From the NCBI GenBank assembly GCA_033763315.1, contig JANRKS010000020.1:32001-96000 (forward strand): DNA of 64,000 nucleotides, written 5' to 3'. The notes below the pieces were generated by a model that was not told the DNA's origin, searched no databases, and saw only the letters and a program-made list of their open reading frames with translations. This DNA is from Deltaproteobacteria bacterium (GTDB taxonomy: Bacteria; Myxococcota_A; Polyangia; Fen-1088). Shown in pieces: positions 8,631 to 17,782 of this stretch (the stretch's first letter is position 1; each line of letters opens with the position of its first letter). The translations under genes and the position numbers were made by a program.

Positions 8631-10250
8631 CTAATCGTCGGTCTTACCAGCACTCCAAGGGCCCGCAAAGCCGGCCCGCGACAAGATCGGACCAAATTCT
8701 TTTTTGTTGGGAGCTTTCGCATACGCCTCCGACGCCTCCACGACGTTGTTTTTCACCAGATCAATCATTGCGTCGTTCAGGGTCTGCATGCCGATGCCTT
8801 TGCCGGTTTGCATGAGCGACGGGATTTGAAAGGTTTTGCCTTCGCGAATCAGGTTGGCCACGGCCGAAGTCACGACCAAGATCTCAAGGGCTGCCACACG
8901 GCCGCCGCCCTTCTTCTTCAGCAGCGTTTGCGCCACCACGCCTTTGAGCGATTCGGACAACATCAAACGGATCTGGCTTTGCCGATCGGTGGGGAATTGG
9001 TCAATCAAGCGATCAACGGTGGAAGGTGCCGTATTGGTATGCAGGGTTCCGAACACCAAGTGGCCCGTTTCCGCCGTTTCGATCGCGATCGCGACCGTCT
9101 CAAGATCGCGCATTTCGCCCACAAGCACGATGTCGGGATCTTCGCGCAAGGCCGCGCGCAAGGCGCTTTTGAAGCCCTTGGTGTGCACGCCAATTTCACG
9201 TTGGTTCACGAGGCACTTGATGTCCTTGTGCACGAACTCGACGGGGTCTTCGATGGTGATCAAGTGATCGTTGCGGTTCTTGTTAATCCAATCGACCATG
9301 GCCGCGAGCGTGGTTGACTTGCCGCTGCCGGTGGGGCCCGTTACCACGACCAAGCCTTTGGTGTGTTGGCACATGTCGATCACGGCCTTGGGCACACCCA
9401 GCTGTTCCACGGTTAAGATCTTGGAGGGGATCTGCCGAAACACGGCGCCGGCGCCCGCCAAGTCACGAAACACGTTGCAACGCATACGCGCGCGTCCCTT
9501 GAGCTCGTACGCAAAGTCGCTGTCGTTCGTCTCGGCGTATTCTTTCTTGTTGCGCTCGGGAGTGATGGGATCAACCAGCCGCGAGATCTGCTCGCTTGTG
9601 AGCGGCTGCCGGTTCGGCATGGCCAAGATGCCGCCATCGACGCGCACCATGGGCACGAGGTTGGATTTGAGGTGCATATCAGAGGCCCGCATATCGAGCA
9701 TCTGGTGGAAAAGTTCATCAATGCTGTCGGGTGTGGTGGCGGCAACCATCACGTTGCTGGCCGCCATTGCCATGTCGGCGCTGTCGGCCGCCGAAATCGA
9801 AATGGGTTCGGGCGCTGGCCGGGGTGCGGGGGCAGGCATCGACACCGGGGCAGGCGCTGGCCGCGCAGGGGCTGGTGCGGGCGCCGCAGCAAATACCGGG
9901 GGTGAGGCAAACGCCATCGCTTGTGGGGGCTGTGGGGCGGGTGCGGTGGCTTGGCCGCGGCCGGGCTCGATCGTCACCACGATGCCGGCGTTGCCCTCCT
10001 CGACCGTGATGGTGACCAGGCCGCTGGGCGAGGGATAGGGAAACGAACGCGTGCCCGAAAGGCCTGGCGTGTAAGACGGTCCTAACACTTCGGCCAAAAG
10101 CGCCACGATTTGATCTTCAGTGGCGGGTTTGGAGGAAACGGGCTTGGATGCGCCCGCGATCACCATGGCCACGGGCGCATCAGCTTTGAACACCAAGGCA
10201 TTCGCCCGGTGCTTCACCATCGCGTCTAGATATCGATCCAGTGTTGCCAT
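8631..10250 (-). CDS. pilT: PilT-family type IV pilus retraction ATPase with N-terminal extension
   Basis: GPTGSGKSTT, TIEDPVE, ALREDPD, GEMRD, TGHLVFGTLHT, NLIRE; ATG 10250 preceded by AAGGA. Confidence 0.92.
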   Translation of the reverse strand: MATLDRYLDAMVKHRANALVFKADAPVAMVIAGASKPVSSKPATEDQIVALLAEVLGPSYTPGLSGTRSFPYPSPSGLVTITVEEGNAGIVVTIEPGRGQATAPAPQPPQAMAFASPPVFAAAPAPAPARPAPAPVSMPAPAPRPAPEPISISAADSADMAMAASNVMVAATTPDSIDELFHQMLDMRASDMHLKSNLVPMVRVDGGILAMPNRQPLTSEQISRLVDPITPERNKKEYAETNDSDFAYELKGRARMRCNVFRDLAGAGAVFRQIPSKILTVEQLGVPKAVIDMCQHTKGLVVVTGPTGSGKSTTLAAMVDWINKNRNDHLITIEDPVEFVHKDIKCLVNQREIGVHTKGFKSALRAALREDPDIVLVGEMRDLETVAIAIETAETGHLVFGTLHTNTAPSTVDRLIDQFPTDRQSQIRLMLSESLKGVVAQTLLKKKGGGRVAALEILVVTSAVANLIREGKTFQIPSLMQTGKGIGMQTLNDAMIDLVKNNVVEASEAYAKAPNKKEFGPILSRAGFAGPWSAGKTDD

Positions 10251-10330
10251 ACCCGTCCTTCGTCGCTGCCGTGCAGCTCCGCCTTGAAACTTCGACGCGG
10301 TGGCACCAAAACTTGAACGCGGTTGCTGGT

Positions 10331-11869
10331 TTAGCGGGCGGCGGTGGCAAGGCGCTGGGTCAAAAGCCGCACCAAAGCGTAGATGGTGAGCTGCGGGTTC
10401 ACGCCCAAAGAAGACGGGAAGAGCGAACCATCCATCACCCAAACGTTGTCATAGCCCGTGAGTTTGCCGTGTTCGTCGGTGGCGCTTGCTCCTGATCGAC
10501 CCATGCCACAGCCACCCATCTGATGGGCCGAGAACAACGTGTGAAGTTGCGTCCCAAAAGCTTGCTGTTGCAAGCGCCCAACATCGGCGACGCTTTTGAG
10601 GCGCAGCGGTTCACGGTGCAAAGTGACCACCTCTTTGGCACCGGCCGCAAACAGAATGCGTGTCATCGTGGCCAAGGCGTGTTTGCCGGCCTCTATCAAG
10701 TTGGGCGCGATGGGATACTTCAATTTGGATCGGCCGTGTGCCGAGACGGATACCGTGCCGCCATGGTCTTTGCCGTGACCATCGATCAGCAAGGCGATGG
10801 TGGCTTGCGCGAACGGCAGTTGCGCGGCCAAATCGCGGTGATCTTGCGCAAAGCCCGGAAACGCCACCGCCGACAGCATCGGGTGCACGGGCGCCGTTTC
10901 CAGAAAATAGCCGGTTTTTCCCGCGCCCCGCTCGGCGAAGTGGTGGCACGCGACGGATTGCGGAGGCCCGTAATAGCCCTCAATGGGATCATCGAACAAG
11001 CCCACGATAGGCACTGTGGGGTGCAAGAATGTGCGTGTGCCCAACCCCGGGGCCTTGAGTTGTGAACGCATCAATAGAGCGGGCGAATTGATGGCGCCGC
11101 CAGCGACGATCACCCCGCGCGTCGGCTTGACCACAAGGGTTGCACCGGTGGTGTTGTCATTGGGTGGCATGATGGCTTCGGCCATCACCTCATCCACGCG
11201 TTTGCCCGCTGACATCTGCAAACGCACCACGCGGCAATCCGAATATAGGGTGGCTCCCGAAGCCGATGCGTCCGCCAAAAACGTTGTGCGCGAGGATTGT
11301 TTGGCGTCGAGCGGGCAACCCATCCCACAATAGCCAAGGCGGGCGCAGCCTTTGACGCTGCGTCGGATGAGCTGCGGCTCGTATCCTAACGCTTTGGCGC
11401 CTTCGAACAGCTTGGCGTTGTTGCGGTTTACGTCATCCGTGCGGCCCTCGTGAACATTCAAGCGTTGTTCAACGTGCTCGTAGTGAGGGCGTAAGGTGGC
11501 GGCGTCGATCGGGAGGCGATGCTGGTCTTGCCAGAACTTCAACGTGCGCTCCGGGATGCGAAAGCTCGAACCCCAATTGACCGTGGTGCCCCCGCCTACG
11601 GATCGGCCTTGCAACAACAACACGCCCAGATCGGCGGTGGTGCGGTTGCCGTGATCTTGATAAAGCGCTGGATAAGCCCAGCCTTCTTGCATGTTAAAGT
11701 CGCGCCGCGTGTGGTGGTGGCCTTCTTCCAACACCACCACTTTGGCACCCGCCGCGGCCAGCACCGCCGCAGCCATGGCGCCGCCGGCGCCGGAGCCCAC
11801 CACGCAAAAGTCGCAGGTCAGTTCAATGCGACCGCTCAAAGATGTGGCCGAAAGGGCCTGCCCCGTCAT
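10331..11869 (-). CDS. GMC family oxidoreductase
   Basis: VGSGAGG FAD-binding motif, GGGTTVN, CARLGYCGMGCP, SAHQMGG, VMDGSLFPSSLGVNPQLTI. Confidence 0.9.
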   Translation of the reverse strand: MTGQALSATSLSGRIELTCDFCVVGSGAGGAMAAAVLAAAGAKVVVLEEGHHHTRRDFNMQEGWAYPALYQDHGNRTTADLGVLLLQGRSVGGGTTVNWGSSFRIPERTLKFWQDQHRLPIDAATLRPHYEHVEQRLNVHEGRTDDVNRNNAKLFEGAKALGYEPQLIRRSVKGCARLGYCGMGCPLDAKQSSRTTFLADASASGATLYSDCRVVRLQMSAGKRVDEVMAEAIMPPNDNTTGATLVVKPTRGVIVAGGAINSPALLMRSQLKAPGLGTRTFLHPTVPIVGLFDDPIEGYYGPPQSVACHHFAERGAGKTGYFLETAPVHPMLSAVAFPGFAQDHRDLAAQLPFAQATIALLIDGHGKDHGGTVSVSAHGRSKLKYPIAPNLIEAGKHALATMTRILFAAGAKEVVTLHREPLRLKSVADVGRLQQQAFGTQLHTLFSAHQMGGCGMGRSGASATDEHGKLTGYDNVWVMDGSLFPSSLGVNPQLTIYALVRLLTQRLATAAR

Positions 11870-12426
11870 GGCGTGCCCTCAAGCGCGTTCGGCACAAACG
11901 GAACGTCGGGTGGCCCGGGATAGCCAAGCGCCGCATACACTTCGGGCGAAGAATAATAGGTGGCGTGGATAAGCCGCGTGAGCGCAAGGTATCCCGACCG
12001 CATGAGGGAAAACGGCGCTGTTCGCCACGAGTTCAATCGGTGTTGTTGTGCGGCCACAGTCAATTGTGAAAAGGGCGTGGGTCGCAACGTGGTCAACAAG
12101 CCGGATAGGCCGTTTTCGAACAAACCAATCAACTGCTTAAATTCGGCGCACGCTTCGGGGTGCAGTTGCGCCACCACGGCGTCCACTTTTTCGGGGCACT
12201 GCAGTTGCCACGGGGTGGGCCACTTTCGATCAGGCAGCGCTTGCGGCCCTAACATGCAATCGGCCAGCGCCACGATGACGGCGAACTCGCTGCGGCTAAG
12301 CGCCTGTAAGGGGCGGCGCGGCTCGGGCCCCAGTTTTGTGGCGCGCAAACCAACCCAAGTTAAGCCGCCGGCCCACAGCAGGGCCCCACCTGTGAGGCCA
12401 AGCTGGAAAGCGGTGCGACGTTTCAT
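11866..12426 (-). CDS. Gluconate-2-dehydrogenase subunit 3-like partner of the GMC oxidoreductase (twin-arginine-like N-terminus)
   Basis: MKRRTAFQ start, YYSSPEVYAALGYPGP C-terminus; overlaps the GMC start. Confidence 0.65.
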   Translation of the reverse strand: MKRRTAFQLGLTGGALLWAGGLTWVGLRATKLGPEPRRPLQALSRSEFAVIVALADCMLGPQALPDRKWPTPWQLQCPEKVDAVVAQLHPEACAEFKQLIGLFENGLSGLLTTLRPTPFSQLTVAAQQHRLNSWRTAPFSLMRSGYLALTRLIHATYYSSPEVYAALGYPGPPDVPFVPNALEGTP

Positions 12427-12538
12427 GGGTGCAGTGACCACGATGTTCAGCATGCAACCACGGTGTGGGCCGTGCCTGCGAATTTTTGACAGCGGACAGC
12501 CAACACCTTAGCGTGAGGCCTTCCCCCGAAAGGCTGCC

Positions 12539-13096
12539 ATGGGTGCGCAGATCGTCAATGCTATGCCGGACTCCGCCCACAACGCCACCGTCTGGGTGGT
12601 CGTGGCGCTGGCGTGCGGCGCCGTGTTGGCGGCGATCGTGGCGATCACGCGGCGAACGGCGTTGGCCACCACGTTGGCGATGTTGGGCGCCGGCCTGTGC
12701 GTCGCGGGGTTGTACGCAGGGCTGTCGTGGCACTTTCTGGGCGCGATACAGTTGATGTTGTGGGCGGGCGGGCTATTGGCGTTCTTCGTATTCAGCGTCA
12801 TGTTGCTCAACCGTGACGACTCCGATCCGGTGGCGATGAGAGGCATCATCACGCGCATCGCCGCCATGTTGGCCTTGTTCGCCGTTTTGTTCTTCGTCGT
12901 GAATCTGGTGGCGTGGTCAGTTTGGCCGCTGCCGCCTGAGACGACGGGGCAAGGATCAACGTCGCGGCTGGGGCGCGCGATGTTCGGCGACGACCTGGTG
13001 TTTCCCCTGCAGATGTTGGCGGTGGGCTTGTTGTTGGGCGTGTTGGGGGCGCTCTCGTTGACCCGCGTTGCCTCGCAGGAGCGTGAGTCGCCATGA
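12539..13096 (+). CDS. NuoJ-like membrane subunit (divergent)
   Basis: FLGAIQLMLWAGG...FSVMLLN resembles NuoJ TM3; LGRAMF...FPLQML; first gene of a J-K-L-M-N order. Confidence 0.7.
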   Translation: MGAQIVNAMPDSAHNATVWVVVALACGAVLAAIVAITRRTALATTLAMLGAGLCVAGLYAGLSWHFLGAIQLMLWAGGLLAFFVFSVMLLNRDDSDPVAMRGIITRIAAMLALFAVLFFVVNLVAWSVWPLPPETTGQGSTSRLGRAMFGDDLVFPLQMLAVGLLLGVLGALSLTRVASQERESP

Positions 13097-13392
13097 CCGT
13101 GTTTTTCTACGCCGTGGCTGCGCTTGCGTTGTTTGCCGTGGGGCTGGTTGCCATATTGCTCCGACGTAACGCGCTTTACGTGGTGGTGGGCGTGTCGTTG
13201 CAGGCCGCGGCCACGGGCGTTCTATTTGCAGCGTTCGCTACTGCTTTTCATAAGGTCGATGGCACGGCGATGGCGATGATTGTGATGGTGTTGGGTGGCC
13301 TGCACGCCGTCGTGGGCTTTGCCGCCTTTACGGGGCTGCACAAGCAACACAGCACACCCAGCCTTGATGATTCGCGGCTGCTCAAAGGCTAG
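13093..13392 (+). CDS. NuoK-like membrane subunit (divergent)
   Basis: LFAVGLVAILLRRNAL, three TM helices, ends LLKG; ATGA overlap with the upstream gene. Confidence 0.75.
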   Translation: MTVFFYAVAALALFAVGLVAILLRRNALYVVVGVSLQAAATGVLFAAFATAFHKVDGTAMAMIVMVLGGLHAVVGFAAFTGLHKQHSTPSLDDSRLLKG

Positions 13393-14658
13393 ATGATGAC
13401 ACCCGCGCCCGTGCTGTTGCTTGCCCCCTTCTTGGTGGCGTTCGCCGTGTGGGCCAGCGCTCAATCGTTCGCCGATCGGCAGATCGCGCGGCTGCGGTTT
13501 CCGATGCAGATGGTGCTGACGCTTGTGCTCGCGCGGGTGCTGTGGGCCGCGCCATGCACCGCCTGGCAAGTGGGCGCGGCGGTTGTGGTTTGGCTTGGCG
13601 CGGGCGTTTGCTTTTGGTGGACGCGTTTGCCAAGCCAGGGCGAGCCTTCCGCACACGTCGACGCCGGTTTGTTTGGCCTGCAAGGCGCGGCGTGGCTTTG
13701 CGTGCTTGCGCCAACGGCTGCAGGGGTCATCACCGGTTTTTGCGCGGCGGGCGTCTGCCTCACAGTGTTTTCTGACGTGCGTGGGGCAGGCTCTGACCGT
13801 GTGTTTCGCTTTCACCGTCTCGCCGATGCGTTGGGGATCGCGTCGCTGTTGGTGTGGCTTTTGTGGACGTCGGACCTCACGGTGGCGCACATCCGATCCG
13901 CACAAGCCAGCGACGACGCTTTGCTGTCTCGCATCGCCGGCTTTGCCGCGGCAACGTGGCTTCTGGGGCTTCTGTGTGCCGCCCTTGCCTTTCGCGCCGC
14001 CGCCGCTGTTTTTGCGTGCGGGCCAGTCCGCGCGCGCTGGCTTGCAACCGTTGTGGCGCTTGGCGCCAGCACGTTTGGCTTCGGACGTTTGTTCGCACCC
14101 GCACAGGTGGCACCGCTTATCCTTGCCTGCGCCGTCGGTGTCGTTTGTGCCTTCGCGCTTTCGCGTTCGCGCGTTGTGGGCGTGGTTGGCGCGCGGCTTT
14201 ATCGCGGCCTGCGGTTGTGCGGTGCATTCATTGCGGGCATCAACCAGTGGGTGCTTTCAACCGTGCTTTTGCAAGCACCGGTGGTGTTTGTGGATGCGTG
14301 TGCACGCGTGCTTAAGCTCCTGGCGGGCGGCGACATCCAACGCTACGTGGCCATCGGTGTCGCCGGCTTGGCCGCCTTGGTATTCATGACCACGCGGCCC
14401 GCGGCGCCGTCGACGCTTCAGATCGAGGCCGATGGATTGATCATCCGCGCCGCCGCGGCTCGCGGGCCCTTGTCTTCGTCACGGCTGCTATATGATTACG
14501 ATTTCGACGGTGACGAGCAATTTGATCGTGTGGGGGTTGGTCCCCACGCCGCGTTCGTGTATGCAGTGCCAGGAACGTATTCGGTGTCAGTGACGATCCG
14601 CGATCCGTTTTGGCATACCAGCAGAACCTTGCGGGCCAAAGTCACGGTGAAGCGATGA
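13393..14658 (+). CDS. Shortened NuoL-like membrane protein fused to a C-terminal PKD-like domain
   Basis: HRLADALG (cf. NRIGD), GGDIQRY (cf. NuoL C-terminal TGxLxxY), then YDFDGD...YAVPGTYSVSVTIRD; position between K and M. Confidence 0.55.
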   Translation: MMTPAPVLLLAPFLVAFAVWASAQSFADRQIARLRFPMQMVLTLVLARVLWAAPCTAWQVGAAVVVWLGAGVCFWWTRLPSQGEPSAHVDAGLFGLQGAAWLCVLAPTAAGVITGFCAAGVCLTVFSDVRGAGSDRVFRFHRLADALGIASLLVWLLWTSDLTVAHIRSAQASDDALLSRIAGFAAATWLLGLLCAALAFRAAAAVFACGPVRARWLATVVALGASTFGFGRLFAPAQVAPLILACAVGVVCAFALSRSRVVGVVGARLYRGLRLCGAFIAGINQWVLSTVLLQAPVVFVDACARVLKLLAGGDIQRYVAIGVAGLAALVFMTTRPAAPSTLQIEADGLIIRAAAARGPLSSSRLLYDYDFDGDEQFDRVGVGPHAAFVYAVPGTYSVSVTIRDPFWHTSRTLRAKVTVKR

Positions 14659-16235
14659 ACTTGCTGCTCGCAAGCGTGGCTCTTCCTCTGTGCGCCGCTC
14701 TGGTTGTGGCCGTCGTTCCGCGTGTGTTTGATCGTTTGCCACGCGCGATCGCCTTGCTTGGATCGGCCGCTGGCGCCTTGGCCGTGGCGGGTGCCACGTT
14801 TCGCTTTGTTCCCAGCGACGCATCGGTGCAGCTAAGATTTACGCAACCGTTCGATGTCGCTTTGGGCGTGGATTTCAGCTTGGCCGTCGATGGCATCTCG
14901 CTTGCTTTTCTGATCGTCGGCACTGGCGTGTGCTTATTGACCCTGCTTGTGCGAACGCAGCTGGGGCCGCGCGCCGGCGATGGGTGCTTTGCGCTGTTGT
15001 TGGTGCAATCGGCTCTGGCCGGCGTGTACACAAGTCAAAATGCGCTGCTTTTCTGGTGTTTTTGGGCGCTGTTCGTGTTTGGCACCTTCTTGTTGGTGGG
15101 CCTTCAGGGAGGCGCGCGTCGCTTGCTGGCTTCGTCCAAGCTTGCCCTCAGTGGTTTCACAAGCTTGGTGATGTTGCTGGGCGTTTTCTTGTATCTGGGC
15201 GCCCAGATGCAACAGCTCACCGGGCGCGTGTCGTTCAATTTTGATGTGCTCACGCGCGTGCTGCTGCCGCTTTCCACGCAGTACGTGGTCATGATTGTGG
15301 CATTGTTGGCCTTGGCCTTGGCCCTGCCCCTGGTGCCTTTGGCGGGCTGGTGGAGCGATACGCACGCGCAATCGCCGAACGTGGCCTCAGTGGTTCTATT
15401 GGTGGGCCCCGCGCTTTACGCGCTCATCCGAATCTTGCTGCCGTGTTTTCCCTTGGCGGCGTTTCATCTTATGCCGCTGCTGGGTGGAGTGGCCGCGGTA
15501 ACCGCGATCATCGCGGCCATTGCCGCTCCCTTCGAGGACGATCTGCGTCGCCGCCTCGCATGGGTGGCGTGCACACAAACCGCCGTCGCGGTTGTGGGTG
15601 TGACCTCGTTGTCAACTCAAGGCATCGTGGGAGCCATCTTACTGATCTGCACTTCGGCTGTTGCGCTTGCAGGGGTGTTTTTGTGCCTCAATCTGTCAGC
15701 CATCGACGCCGTCGCAACGTTCACTTCAGACGAACAACGTGCTTCGTTTTTGCCTAAGGCGTTCGCTTACACGGCAGCGCTGCTGCCCGGTCTGGGTGGC
15801 TTCGCGGCGGCCTTCGCTTGCTTGTCGGGTCTTGCGTCTGCCGAGCGACAAGCCACGCAGCTTCCCGGGCGCCCGTTCGAGCTTGAGCCACTGTGGATCA
15901 TCCTCGCGTGCGTGGGCTCGGCGGTGTTTGTGGGCGCAAGCTTGCTTTCGGCGCTTCGATCACACGCCGGTGTTTTTGAGCGGCTGGGTGTGCGTTCTGT
16001 GCCGCTTTGGGTGACGTTTACGTTGCTGCTGGCGCTTGGCTGGGCACCCGCAACGGTGATGAATTCGCTGTCGCCCACCGTAGACGCGTATCTTCATAAC
16101 CTGCAAAGCAAGATCACCCACGCGGCCAGCAATCCAAGCGCGCCCACGCACTTTTACCCCAACGCACGTTCGGTCATGCTGTCTGCGAAGCCGAAGGTGA
16201 CGCCGCTCGAAAGCACACAAGGTTCCTCGCCATGA
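14655..16235 (+). CDS. NuoM-like antiporter-type subunit (divergent)
   Basis: FSLAVDGIS, PLAGWWSDTHAQSP, YALIR, DDLRRRLAW, LPGLGGF; ATG 14655 overlaps the upstream stop. Confidence 0.75.
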   Translation: MNLLLASVALPLCAALVVAVVPRVFDRLPRAIALLGSAAGALAVAGATFRFVPSDASVQLRFTQPFDVALGVDFSLAVDGISLAFLIVGTGVCLLTLLVRTQLGPRAGDGCFALLLVQSALAGVYTSQNALLFWCFWALFVFGTFLLVGLQGGARRLLASSKLALSGFTSLVMLLGVFLYLGAQMQQLTGRVSFNFDVLTRVLLPLSTQYVVMIVALLALALALPLVPLAGWWSDTHAQSPNVASVVLLVGPALYALIRILLPCFPLAAFHLMPLLGGVAAVTAIIAAIAAPFEDDLRRRLAWVACTQTAVAVVGVTSLSTQGIVGAILLICTSAVALAGVFLCLNLSAIDAVATFTSDEQRASFLPKAFAYTAALLPGLGGFAAAFACLSGLASAERQATQLPGRPFELEPLWIILACVGSAVFVGASLLSALRSHAGVFERLGVRSVPLWVTFTLLLALGWAPATVMNSLSPTVDAYLHNLQSKITHAASNPSAPTHFYPNARSVMLSAKPKVTPLESTQGSSP

Positions 16236-17689
16236 ACGGCCTACCTGTGGCTGAACTCCTGCACGTGTGGATCACCGTAGGCGGCGCGCTGATGGTCATC
16301 GCGGCGGCAGCGTTGTGGCGATTCAGCGCACCTGCCTTGACCACTTTCGCGGCGCTCGTGGCGGCGTCATCGGCCGTGTCAGCCGTGAACACCTATGGCG
16401 TGCTCGCGCCACGGCAAACCGCAGGCGCCGGCGTCATCGTTGATGCCGCCAGCCTCGTGGCTTCCGTGGTATGTTGCTTGGTCACTGCCGCCGTCTTGGC
16501 AACGACGTTAGGCTCGAAGTCATTGGGCAAGGGCATCCTACGCCATTGGCCTGGGCTGGTGTTGTTGACCTCCGCGGCTTTGATGCTCACCGCGCATGCG
16601 GCCTCGCTGCCGGCCCTGCTCGTGGCCACGGAATCCGCCTCGCTTGGTTTCGTTGCCTTGCTGGGCGCGGGCCGGTCGCAACGGCGTGGCACCGAAGCGG
16701 CGATGAAAGCCGTCGTCGTATCTGCAGTGGCTTTCGGTTTTGCCGGCTTAGGGACTGCCTTGATGTACGGCGGCAGTGGCGCTTTGTTGCAGTACGATGC
16801 GCTTGCCGCCAGCTTTGCCGATCACGGTTCCAGCCCCGTGACAATGGTGGGCCTGTTCTTCGTGATCGCGGCTTTTTGCTTTCGCCTCGGGGCGGTTCCC
16901 TTTCACATGGTGGCCCCTGACCTGCTCGATGGCGCACCGCTGCCGGCGGCGATGTTTAGTGTCTCTGCCTTTCGCGTGTGTTTCGTGGTGGCCTTGCTTC
17001 GGCTCTTGCAACTCGGTTTCTTTGCCCCAGCCATCGCCGCCGACGTGACGGGCGTGCCGCTTTTCCTGATGTGGCTCGCGGCGTTGAGCTTGTTGATCGG
17101 TTCGATCGGTGCCGTTCGCCAAGAGCACGTTAAGAGAATGCTTGCCTACCTATCCATCGCGCAACTCGGCTTCGCGCTCATGGCGGTGGTGGCGCTAAGT
17201 CAAGACGCGCCCGCGGCAGCCACAGGCGTAGGCGCGTGTTTGCTCGCACAGGCTGTGGCCTTCTTGGTGGCGTTTGCGGCTCTAAGCGATCTGGGCGCCA
17301 CCAACGAAGGCCACCCATTCGTCGATGACTTGGCGGGGCTTTCGCAATCGCGACCCTTGCTGGCTTTCGCGTTGGCGTTGTCGTTCTTGTCTGCGGCGGG
17401 CATGCCCTTCACTGTGGGCTTTGGCGGCTTTTTCCCGGTGTTGCTTTCGACCTTTAATGTGCCGTTGCTGCTGCCACTGGCGGTGGTGGGGCTGCTGTCA
17501 TTCCTTATCGGACTTTACCCCGCTTTGCGAGTGATCGTGGCGATGTACTTTCGCGAGCCCACGCGCACATGGCCCGAAGCGCACACGGCCGGAGGCAGCG
17601 CCGTCTTGGTGGTGGGCACGATGACCTTGCTGATCTTCGGTGTGCTCACGTCACCGTGGCTTGGTTGGGCTCGGTTGCTGGTCCCCTGA
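16232..17689 (+). CDS. NuoN-like antiporter-type subunit
   Basis: EAAMK, FRLGAVPFHMVAPD, VKRMLAYLSIAQLG, LSAAGMPFTVGF, RVIVAMYFREP. Confidence 0.82.
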   Translation: MNGLPVAELLHVWITVGGALMVIAAAALWRFSAPALTTFAALVAASSAVSAVNTYGVLAPRQTAGAGVIVDAASLVASVVCCLVTAAVLATTLGSKSLGKGILRHWPGLVLLTSAALMLTAHAASLPALLVATESASLGFVALLGAGRSQRRGTEAAMKAVVVSAVAFGFAGLGTALMYGGSGALLQYDALAASFADHGSSPVTMVGLFFVIAAFCFRLGAVPFHMVAPDLLDGAPLPAAMFSVSAFRVCFVVALLRLLQLGFFAPAIAADVTGVPLFLMWLAALSLLIGSIGAVRQEHVKRMLAYLSIAQLGFALMAVVALSQDAPAAATGVGACLLAQAVAFLVAFAALSDLGATNEGHPFVDDLAGLSQSRPLLAFALALSFLSAAGMPFTVGFGGFFPVLLSTFNVPLLLPLAVVGLLSFLIGLYPALRVIVAMYFREPTRTWPEAHTAGGSAVLVVGTMTLLIFGVLTSPWLGWARLLVP

Positions 17690-17782
17690 GCCGAAGATCG
17701 ATCAGGCTCAATGAGCGAATGCGTGCCAAAAGGAAAAGGCCGCCGCAAACATACGACGGCCTCTTCGCCTTTTGCGTGGTGG

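Noticed and set aside
17727-17775. Bidirectional terminator between nuoN-like and PhoX-like genes
   Set aside because: The stem (aggccg/cggcct) is short with a long loop; plausible but too weak to call.
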